Shown here piece by piece: positions 54,604 through 64,000 of a stretch of DNA of 64,000 bases; position 1 is the stretch's first letter; each line of letters begins with the position of its first letter. Source of the DNA: Eledone cirrhosa. Taxonomy: Eukaryota. The position numbers were made by a program, and so were the translations under genes. The notes beneath the pieces were generated by a model, which searched no databases, was not told where the DNA came from, and worked only from the letters and a program-made list of their open reading frames with translations. Location of the stretch: the NCBI GenBank assembly GCA_964016885.1, contig OZ024761.1, positions 8,060,001 through 8,124,000 of the forward strand, in the 5' to 3' direction.

Positions 54604-55562
54604 TCATCATCATCATCATCATCGTTTAACGTCCGTGTTCCATGCTTGCATGGGTTTGGACGGGAGTTTTCCCACTTGAGGCAAGAGTGGTTGTCTTGCT
54701 CGCATAGGACTGTCTGGCGGGTTTTCTACAGTTGGATGCCCTTCCTAACACCAACCACATTTACAGTGTGGGGCTGGGAGGTTTTTACCGTGTTGCCTAC
54801 AGGGCCACATTACAGCGTGGACTGTCTGGCGGGTTTTCTACAGCTGGATGCCCTTCCTAACACCAACCACATTTACAGTGTGGGGCTGGGAGGTTTTTAC
54901 CGTGTTGCCTACACGGCCACATTTACAGCGTGGACTGTGTGTTTTTTTTGTCGTGACACCTACACGATCTCATTTGTTTCGGCCTGGATGTTGTGGGACC
55001 AACATAACTTTACATTGAAAGGGGCGGTGTGGATGGGGTGGAGGTGGTGGGACGGGGGTGTGTTTTGGTAGAGATGCCTACTGACTGTAGTAGGTTTTTA
55101 CTTTGTATTTAGGTAAGGCGGGTCTTCTCTATTACTGAGTACCGCCAAAGGTCTTGGTCCAGTGACATTGTCTTGGAGAGGTGTAAGCGTGTGAGGTCGG
55201 AATTTATCAGCTCGTCCAATGTTTTTCTGGGTCTGCCTACTCCGTGGCTACCGTCTATCTTTATTGCCCTGCACTTTGTTATACAGCTGTCGTCTTTCAT
55301 GCGCATCACGTGACCGTACCAACGTAGCCTTCTCTCGAGTAAACAACATCTGATCCCTCTTATTTCTAATTTTTTCCTTAGTTCGTTTATGCTTTGCCGT
55401 TCACGTATATTACTATTGCACATCCAGCGGAGCATGCAAGCTTCGTTCCTCTCTAGTCTGCGTATATCCTCTGCACACAATGCCCAGGTCTCACTGCCAT
55501 GCAGCATTGCTGTTCGTATGCAGGCATCGTATAACCTGCCTTTCATTTTTAGGGAGAACCCT
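54604..55562 (-). mobile_element. 5'-truncated RTE LINE (RT C-terminus, 3' UTR, (ATG)n tail)
   Basis: ORF 55109-55546 (LHGSETW, RRLRWYGHV, GRPRKT) is homologous to the 44.4-kb element. The UTR has an internal ~110-bp duplication at ~54710-54935. Confidence 0.9.
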
Positions 55563-55729
55563 CTATATATATAATATATATATTATATATATAATCTATA
55601 TTATATATATAATATATACAATATATATATTATATATATAATCTATATTATATATATAATATATACAATATATATATATATTATATATATTATATATATA
55701 TATAATATATATAATATATATATATATAT

Positions 55730-57240
55730 TTACAAAGGTAAAAGGGGATGCTCTGGAGAGGAGCAATTATAGGGGTATAAAACTGATGGATCAGGTTATG
55801 AAAGTTGCAGAAAGGATATTAGCACAACTAATTAGAGAAAGGGTCAAACTAGAGTTGATGCAGTTTGGTTTTGTGCCTGGGAAATGTACAACAGATGCCC
55901 TCTTCTTGGTGAGACAATTACAAGAGAGGTTCTTAGAGAAGAATAAGCCACTATACTTAGCCTTTGTTGACCTAGAGAAGGCTTTTGATAAGGTACCCCG
56001 ATCTGTCATCTGGTGGTCCCTAAGGAAACTAGGTGTTGAGGAATGGCTTGTGAGGACAGTGCAAACTTTGTACAGAGGTACTCTCAGTAAAGTCAGGGTA
56101 GGAATGGAGTTTAGTGAGGAATTCCAGATACAAGTAGGAGTATATCAGCCCGCTCTTGTTCATTATAGTCCTCCAAGCCATAACAGAGGAGTTTAAGACT
56201 GGTTGTACACGGGAACTTCTCTACGCTGACGATCTGGTTCTTATAGCAGAATCAGTAGAGGAGCTAGAGAATAAATTCTGGCTATGGAAACAGCAGTTGG
56301 AAGCAAGAGGACTGAGAGTGAACCTAGCTAAGACAAAAGTGTTGATAAGTAGAAAAGAGGAGAAAAATCTGATTCCGTCAGGGAAATGGCCATGTTCGAT
56401 ATGCAGAAAAGGAACTAGCATAAATTCTATAAAATGCACACAATGCAGGTCCTGGGTACACAAGAGATGTAGCGGGATAGCAGGCAAACTAACAGGTAGG
56501 GAGAAATACGTATGCAGTAGATGTACAGGGAAATTAGACAGTAGAAGTCGCATTGATAGACACATTTTTCAAATGCAGGTGGGTGCTATAGAAGTGGTGG
56601 ATAACTTCTGGTACCTAGGAGATCAGATTAGCATGGGAGGTGGGTGTTTACCGAGGCCATAGTATCTAAAATAAGGACGGGTTGGCAGAAGTTTAGGGAG
56701 CTGCTTCCTCTGCTGACAAAGAAGGGTTTCTTCCTGCGTACGAAAGGCCAGTTATATGATGCCTGTGTGAAGAGCGTGATGCTGCATGGTAGTGAAACAT
56801 GGGCAGCAGATATGCGACGGCTGGAGAGAAATGTGGCAAGCATGCTCCGTTGGATGTGCAATGTCAATGTACGTGAATGACCCAGCATGGATGTGTTGAG
56901 AGAGAAACTGTGTCTGAGAGGGATAGAATGTAGTGTGCGAGAGAGGAGACTGAGGTGGTATGGACATGTGATGCACATGGAGGATGACCGATGGGTGAAG
57001 AAGTGCCAGGAAATGCCAGTTGAAGGAAGACGTGGTAGAGGTAGACCATGAAAAACATGGGCGGAGGTGGTGAGAACGGACCTCAGATCGCTGAAGTTCA
57101 CGGTGGAGATGACAAAGGACCGTGACAAGTGGAGAGATGCTGTGCTGAATAAGACCCGTCTCACTCTTGCAAGCAGGGAAGAGCAGACGTAAAATAATAA
57201 TAATAATGATGATAATGATGATAATGACGACGACGACAAC
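55730..57240 (+). mobile_element. 5'-truncated, frameshifted RTE LINE (RT to 3' tail)
   Basis: ORFs 55786-56196, 56156-56662 and 56644-56880 carry QFGF, FVDLEKAF, LLYADD and the PHD-like finger; (AAT/GAT)n tail at ~57192-57240. Confidence 0.92.
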
Positions 57241-57267
57241 GACCACCACCACCGCCGCCACCAAGAC

Positions 57268-57548
57268 ACCACCATCAAACGTCCATCTTCCACGCTAGCA
57301 TGGGTCTGGACGGGAATTGTCCCACTTGAGGCAAGAATGGTTGTCTTGCTCGTATAGGACTGTCTGGCAGGTTTTCTACGGCTGGATGCCCTTCCTAACA
57401 CCAACCACGTTTACAGTGTCGACTGGGAAGTTTTTACCATCTTACCTACACGGCCACATTACAGCGTGGACTGTGTTTTTTTGTCGTGACACCTACACGA
57501 CCTCATTTATTTGGGACTGGATGTTGTGGTACCAACATAACTTTACAT
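57268..57548 (-). mobile_element. RTE LINE 3' UTR fragment
   Basis: Matches 54620-55015 (ggatgcccttcctaacaccaacc ... ccaacataactttacat). Confidence 0.85.
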
Positions 57549-58315
57549 CGAACTTTCTTTAGAGTACTGGATAAATGTTTCCCTAGGGCCCCACAAGTAA
57601 CATAAAATATTCAACAGGAACACGGTGAAACTTTCCTACTCAACCACACGTTCCATAGCTCAGCACATAGCCGGCATAAATAGGAATAGGCTCACTGCCT
57701 CTAATACCACCGCAAACCCCGGAGCCACCCAACAGAACCACCACGCGGGACGCAACGGAACCCGGACAGCCCAACTAGCACACCGGAACCCAACGACCCT
57801 GTACTGATTGCGGAGGCTACCCAGCCAACCCCGAGTGATGGTAACCACACGGTACATGTGGTGGGGCTTTCAAAGATAGGTGGTGTAACCATCGCCATTC
57901 CTTTAACAGAATAGATAAGAGGAAATGTACGGCCCTTTCTGAATTGATCTGGAAGCTCAAACTTGAAAAGACCCCACACTCTCTGGTCTGGTCCATGGTT
58001 AGAAAGTTTCCCCCAGACAGAGGCGGGTCTGGTATTTGCAACCTCTGTCTTAGTGAGACACTCGAGATTCTTCATGGCTGAACCAAGCTATTAAACAGAA
58101 GGGTCGACTTATTCGGTGCCTGCAGACACCTAAGGACGGGAACTTTCCTCAAGCTATCTGGATAAACCCCGGTTACGGCCTCCCACAATGCCCCCCCCCC
58201 CCTTGTAGGTGCCCAATGGACAACAACAACCACCCATGGTTTATGGTCCCTATGGTGGATGGTCCATCGGATCCTCTACTGGTTAGGAGTCATCAAAACC
58301 ACTTTTTATTGAACC
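57549..58315 (+). pseudogene. Penelope-like element remnant: RT-EN linker and GIY-YIG endonuclease C-terminal half
   Basis: RTFFRVLDKCFP / HKIFNRNTVKLSYST (57549-57648); FKDRWCNHRHSF..TALSELIWKLK..CNLCLSETLEILHG*TKLLNRRVDLFGACRH (57868-58128). Contains stops and frameshifts. Confidence 0.88.
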
Positions 58316-59264
58316 TGATTTTATATATATATGTATATATATATTATGTGTATATATATGTATATATATATTATGTGTATATATATGTATATTTTATATG
58401 TGTATATATGTGTATTTTATATATATGTATGTATATATATGTATATATTTTATATATATATGTATGTGTATTTTATATATATGTATGTATGTTTTGTGTG
58501 TATATATTTTATGTATGTATGTATTTTATGTATATACATATATATTTTATATGTATATATTTTATATATATGTATGTTCTGTGTATATATATATATTTTA
58601 TATATATATATATGCTTGTGCGTACATACATGCATACATGTATATATATACACACCTATATGGATTTGTGTGTGTAGATGTGTGTGTGTTTGAGGGGGTA
58701 GGTGTGAGTGGATGTACAAGTGAACCAGCATAAACCTTTTATTTCTAAATTTTCTAAACTATCTAAGTATTGGACTCTAACCATTATTTTAAGTATTACC
58801 ACCCCACATATTGTATGTGTGGATATGTGTGTGTGTCTGTGGAGGTGGGTGTGAGTGTAGTGCAAGCCAACCTACATGTCTTTTTATTTGTAAATTTTCT
58901 ACTCCAACCATAATTTTCAGGAGCACCACTCCACATAAATTCCTCAATTTAAGAATGACCTGTAGTATCTATTTCATACTATTAACCTTAATTGAATATA
59001 TATCTGACCAGGAATGCTTTTTGTGAAAATCAGTCATATGGAACTATTGTCATCTTGCCTGACGGTTTGAACTTTACAACACCACCTGCTTCTTTGAAGT
59101 CAAATACCAACCCTACTACCATCTACAAACTGACCAATGAGAATCAAGACTATTCCTGCTGACAACATTAAATTATTCCTAACAAGCTCATATGTCTCAA
59201 GGCTCTGATACCATCAACACTATAAACACAGAGCTGGCATATCTAAGAACTGACTAACTGCCTA

Positions 59265-59320
59265 ACTGCCTGATGAGGTCATAGCCATTCAATGGCTATC
59301 ATCGAAATATATATAGCAGT
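59265..59320 (+). ncRNA. Type I hammerhead ribozyme motif (Penelope-like 3' end)
   Basis: ACTGC-CTGATGA-GGTCATAGCCAT TCA ATGGCTATCATC-GAAA-TATATATA-GCAGT. Upstream LPDGLN (~59054) resembles a PLE ORF end. Confidence 0.82.
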
Positions 59321-59361
59321 AAATAAAGGATTATGAGTTCATGCAATTGACTTATGTTTCG

Positions 59362-59404
<43 letters not shown>

Positions 59405-59509
59405 GTTTGTATTTGTAAAGCCAAAACAATGCAGGTATGGATATAGAATATAAGTGCAAATGCAAAAGATATTGTTGACAATTAGTCTTTTACCTTAAAT
59501 TTATTTAAA

Positions 59510-59550
59510 TTTCCTTAATTTTCGAGATAATATCTCTTCTTCGGAGGGAA
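59510..59550 (-). ncRNA. Variant or degenerate minimal hammerhead
   Basis: TTCCCT-CCGAAGA-A-GAGAT ATT ATCTC-GAAA-ATTA-AGGAAA; U4-to-C change and an extra A before stem II. Confidence 0.45.
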
Positions 59551-59672
59551 GTAAAGCGGTTAAACCAGTGTTCTAAATAGCTTGCCATTCCTCCATATAT
59601 ATATATAGTTTTAATATAGATGAGATTCTACAGGACTAGAACTGTGGTTACCTCCGATTTAACCCGGAATAA

Positions 59673-59740
<68 letters not shown>

Positions 59741-59985
59741 CGGCAAGTTATTGCCGAATAAATCAGTGTAAAAAAAAAATGTCTCTTTATGCTAAGTTCA
59801 GCTTAGCCATTCCATAACTAGAGATCGATATTATTATAAGTGCTAGACAAAATACAAAGATCCATAAAATAGATTAAATGTTTTGATACCAAACCTGCCC
59901 AAAACTGCTCTCAGTTTAAGATACAAAACTGTGTGACAATATATTAAAACTTTCCATCTTATTTTATCTTAGAAATTTTTCTTAA

Positions 59986-60173
59986 CCCGTTAGTTACCAA
60001 CCCAGCCAAAACCAGCTCTGGTTCTATGAATTAAAGGTTTTCAATTTTATATAAGAACCTTACACTAAGTTACTATCTAAGTAATGAAATAATTATTTTA
60101 GTAAATCTCTTGAAATTCCTCATTAATTAATTTAAAGAGAGTGTATTTCATTAGAAATGTTGTCATTAAAGAG
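59986..60173. mobile_element. Degenerate piggyBac-type MITE
   Basis: TTAA|CCCGTTAGTTAC ... GTCATTAAAGAG|TTAA; imperfect TIRs. Confidence 0.4.
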
Positions 60174-60229
60174 TTAATCATATATTCTCTTTCTGACATT
60201 AAAAAAAAAATAAGAAAAATACCATGGAA

Positions 60230-60270
60230 GCAAGGAAACAATTTTTTAGAAGATAGAGTTTATTGTACAA
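60230..60270 (-). terminator. Possible Pol II polyadenylation site
   Basis: Minus strand TGTA-C-AATAAA (60269-60259) followed by U/GU-rich ttgtttccttgcttcc; upstream sequence is U-rich on the minus strand. Confidence 0.3.
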
Positions 60271-60723
60271 GCTCAATTTTCTCTCCTTTTCAATTTTCAT
60301 TTCTCAACCAACAATAACAAAAAAAAAAATATAAAAAAATAATCAAAATTGAAAAAAAATCATTTTGAAAAAAAAAATGTAAAAATAAAAATAAAGCCTA
60401 TGATACAAGTCAAAAACAATTGAAAATAACAGACAATTGAATTTTGATACTTTGGTGAATGAGATGAGGGGTGGTGTTGAATCGTTCATTTTGGAGGATG
60501 TGTTTGAGAAAAAAAAAGTTGGGGTTTGGTAGAGGGTAAGGAAAATCTATCAAGATCATTATTATAATCATCAACATCTATTTTTCTATAATGGCATTGT
60601 GCTGAACAATAATGTTGGTTTCCTTTGGCCTAGGTTGATGGTGACATTCAGCTGAATCAATCTCCAGAATATTATGAATAACTTCACAGGAATATCTGTG
60701 GCAAGCTGTTGGAACAAGATTAA

Positions 60724-60927
60724 CCCTTTACCATTTACATTACTCTATATATACTGTTGTATTTTCGTGGTAAAGGCTTCATCTCACATAATATCAAATC
60801 TATGAGATTTTGATATTTATTTTGAAAACAATACCTTAACATCAGTATGGGTGGTAGTCACGGCCGGTTTGAACAGAAAGAGGTGAGAGAATTCTGACTG
60901 GATGGAGCCGGTTTAAATGCTAAAGGG
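60724..60927. mobile_element. piggyBac-type MITE
   Basis: TTAA|CCCTTTACCATTTA ... TAAATGCTAAAGGG|TTAA. Confidence 0.85.
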
Positions 60928-61059
60928 TTAAATAATTTGAGACATCCCTGCCAGCTTATCACCACAATTGCATTGGACTATATTCCTTTAGACAGAATAT
61001 CTTCGACAGTAGTTAGCAGCAACAACAAACTGATTTTCAGTTGTAAAAAGAATCTTTAA

Positions 61060-61209
61060 CCCTTTAGCATTTACATTACTCTATATTTACTATTATATTT
61101 TCACGGTAAAAGCTTTATCTCACATAATATCAAATCTATGAGATTTTGATATTATGTATTTTGAGAACAATACTTAACATCAGTTACGGCCAGTTTAAAT
61201 GCTAAAGGG
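61060..61209. mobile_element. piggyBac-type MITE (same family, internally deleted)
   Basis: TTAA|CCCTTTAGCATTTA ... TAAATGCTAAAGGG|TTAA; perfect 14-bp TIR; interior homologous to the 60724 copy. Confidence 0.88.
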
Positions 61210-61240
61210 TTAAAAAAAAAAATGTACCAAAAATATTTAA

Positions 61241-61615
61241 CTCTTAACATCCTGTAATGGTTTAGCAGAAAATATCTAAATGTGGGTTTGTTAATTCAAA
61301 TGTTTATAGTTGTCATGTATTTAACTCGTATTGAGTGTTATCTCAGGAATAAGTGGGCAAAGAAGGAGAAGAATACTTTCTTTGTTCAATTACTATGCAT
61401 ATCAGGAAATAAAAAAGACACAACAGTAGTTTCTTTACTATTGGACAAATTGCTGTGAAAATTTGCAGTATTAGAAGAGTGAAGGTATTAATTTTTAATG
61501 TGAGACAGAGAGCTATTCTATATTTTTCAAGAATGTGATTTTCATGCAACGTTATTTTAATACTTTTCCAGAATATCTTGCTAATGTAGTTTCATTTAGT
61601 ACAGGATGTTAAGAG
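61241..61615. mobile_element. piggyBac-type MITE (different family)
   Basis: TTAA|CTCTTAACATCCTGTA ... TACAGGATGTTAAGAG|TTAA; perfect 16-bp TIR. Confidence 0.85.
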
Positions 61616-61946
61616 TTAAATATTTAAATTTTCCATTAAACCCCACCCAACCCTAATCCCATCCCATCCATGCTAGCACAGAAAAATGGATGGAAAACAG
61701 TTTTATAAGGAATGGGTTGGGATGAAAATTATATTATATCACCATTAGACATTTTCTTTTTTCATCAACAATTTATCTATTTGCTCATCTCCATGAAAGG
61801 AATGAGAGAAAACATTGATAATATTTTTGTGAGTCTTGAAGAGTTTGGGCAGCAGAAAATGTCAAAGATGGCAACATAGAAAGATTTTTAATTTCTAAAG
61901 TATTTCCTCCATTTTCCTTCTCTTCTGTCAACTTCTTATTTTATAG

Positions 61947-61947
<1 letters not shown>

Positions 61948-62002
<55 letters not shown>

Positions 62003-62212
62003 TGTTTCTACTTTAGGCACAAGGCCAGCAATTTTGGGGGAAGGGAAAAGTCAATTAAATCAACCCCAGTACATTACTGGTACTTTATTTTATCGACCCC
62101 GTAAGGATGAAAGGCAAAGTTAACCTCGTTGAGATTTGAACTCAGAATATAAAGGGCCATAACTATGCTGCAAAGCATGGTATCTGACGCTCTACCGATT
62201 CTGCCAATTCAC
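61948..62212 (-). mobile_element. tRNA-derived SINE with (TTA)n tail
   Basis: Head gaattggcagaatcggtagagcg, B-box gagttcaaatc, conserved body; plus-strand (TAA)n at 61948-62001. Confidence 0.88.
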
Positions 62213-62371
62213 AAAACGTTTTCTCCTGAGATCATGCGTATTTTTTTTTTTACTTTTGTTCATGGAGTCACTCATTACTTTAAATTTTTCACCATTCTTT
62301 GCATGTTTATATATATATAGATATATATCAATGATATTAATAAATGGAAACTATATTTATAAAACCATATT

Positions 62372-62432
62372 TATTCTATTATATATATTTCAAGGGTACC
62401 AAAACTTTGGTACGCTATCATCAGATAAAATA
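62372..62432 (-). ncRNA. Type I hammerhead ribozyme motif (minus arm of inverted pair)
   Basis: TATTTTAT-CTGATGA-TAGCGTACCAA AGTT TTGGTACCCTT-GAAA-TATATATA-ATAGAATA. Confidence 0.78.
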
Positions 62433-62562
62433 CAAAATGTTTTATAAATATTTGACATAACCAAGGATAACATACCTTAACGGTTCAAGTTTTTCCTGGA
62501 TAGTGACTAGATCCGTTAAGATCTCATTCCTGGCTATGTCAATATTTATAAAACAAACTTTG

Positions 62563-62623
62563 TGTTTTATCTGATGAGAGCGTACCAACGTTTTGGTACC
62601 CTTGAAATATATATAATAGAATA
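62563..62623 (+). ncRNA. Type I hammerhead ribozyme motif (plus arm of inverted pair)
   Basis: TGTTTTAT-CTGATGA-GAGCGTACCAA CGTT TTGGTACCCTT-GAAA-TATATATA-ATAGAATA. Confidence 0.8.
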
Positions 62624-63164
62624 AATCATTGAATATTATACTCCAGGAAACCTGTCGAGTGCTTCGAATCAGTTATAAATATATTTGTTGAATTACCAGC
62701 AAATTAAATATCCCTTTGTTTTTATATATATACATATATATATATTCGGCAAGTTGCAAATTGCACTTATTGAAGCTTACTGCATTAACAGAAACCCCAG
62801 GGTCCAGACAACCACATGCAACTGCTACATTATCAATATACACTTTGTTAGCTCTCTCGGACATGTTTGCTCGCTATACGTTCAATCCATGTCTCGTTGA
62901 ATAAGTAATTGTGAGCAATCGAGATTATAATGAATATATTTCCTATAACTTTGTCAATCTATATTAAAATAAAAGAGAGAGAGAGCACAAAGCAAGAGAA
63001 TGCCCAGTGTTTTTGAGGTGACAGAAAGTTATAACTTTGCCCTCATCTATATAAAGAGAGGGGGGAGTGCCAAGCAAAAGAGATGTACAAAGATAGAGAG
63101 AAAAAAGGAATGTCATTTGTTTACAGAGAGATAGAGAGAGTGTGTGTGTGAGTGAGACAGAAAG

Positions 63165-63500
63165 ACGGAGAAGACATCGTTCTCATCTAGTACGATTGTG
63201 TGTGTGTGTATCGACAGATCCAATGGATGTGTAGTAGTAATGTAAGTGAACGGCAAAGCGTAAATGAACTGAGAGAGACACTGAGCATAAGAGGGATCAG
63301 ATGCAGTGTGCAGTAGAAGAGATTGGAGTGGTGTGGACATGTGATGCGTATGAAGGATGGCAGCTGTTTAAAAAGGTGCATTGTGCTCAAAGTTGATGGA
63401 AGTTATGGAAGAAAACGACGTAGGAAAATTTGAGAGGAGATGATAAAGGTTGGCCTCACAGGATTTCACCTCTCAAAGGATCGAGATCTTTAGTGTCATG
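63165..63500 (+). mobile_element. Old RTE LINE RT C-terminal fragment
   Basis: tggatgtgtagtagtaatgtaagtgaacggcaaagcgtaaatgaactgagagag...tggtgtggacatgtgatgcgtatg is homologous to the WMCNSNIRERQSINELR..WYGHVMRM region. Confidence 0.75.
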
Positions 63501-63614
63501 TACTACAGAAGACCTGCTCTCCCATCTGCATGGGATGTAACAACATCCAACTGCCTCTCGTGTACACCACTTCCCTTGCACCTCCTCCATACAGTACTGC
63601 AGAAGACCTGCCCT

Positions 63615-64000
63615 ATGTGTGTATGTGTATGTGTATGTATGTGTGTGTGTGAGCATGTGTGTGTGTATGTATGTGTGAGCATGTGTGTGTGTGAGCATGT
63701 GTGTGTGTATGTATGTGTGAGCATGTGTGTGTGTGAGCATGTGCGTGTATGTATGTGTGAGCATGTGTGTGTGTATGTATGTGTGAGCATGTGTGTGTAT
63801 GTATGTGTGAGCATGTGTATGTGTGAGCATGTGTGTGTGAGCATGTGTGTGTGTGGGCATGTGCGTGTATGTATGTGTGAGCATGTGTGTGTATGTATGT
63901 GTGAGCATGTGTATGTGTGAGCATGTGTGTGTGAGCATGTGTGTGTGTATGTATGTGTGAGCATGTGTGTGTGTGAGCATGTGTGTGTATGTATGTGTGA
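63615..64000. repeat. TG-rich minisatellite (GAGCAT(GT)n variants), runs off the right edge
   Basis: Read directly. Confidence 0.95.

Noticed and set aside
62745-62960. Possible further Penelope endonuclease tails (KLQIALIEAYCINRNP; also ~37500-37610)
   Set aside because: Similarity too weak to call without a profile search.

Overview
Eukaryotic, very AT-rich, repeat-dominated DNA. The SINE body and RTE-type LINE 3' ends suggest an octopod cephalopod; this is recalled from family resemblance, not searched. No intact host protein-coding gene is supported, and almost all listed ORFs are (TA)n/(CA)n translation artefacts or antisense shadows. (1) 1-32.56 kb is about 4.7 near-identical copies of a ~6.9-kb tandem unit. 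Each unit holds Gypsy protease/RT/integrase-tail fossils, a pogo-like MITE, a SINE tail, tRNA-like A/B-box elements and four diverged copies of a twin-ACCGGTG promoter-like module facing each other. (2) 32.6-39.8 kb has Helitron and pogo remnants, tRNA-SINEs and long (TA)n tracts with hammerhead-bearing inserts. (3) 39.84-44.26 kb is an ~8.6-copy 511-bp tandem array; every full unit carries a minimal type I hammerhead ribozyme on the minus strand (retrozyme-like, best candidate novel system). (4) 44.4-64 kb has a broken near-full-length RTE LINE, RTE fragments, a Penelope-like GIY-YIG remnant, further dispersed hammerheads (including an inverted pair giving ribozymes on both strands), TTAA piggyBac-type MITEs and microsatellites.
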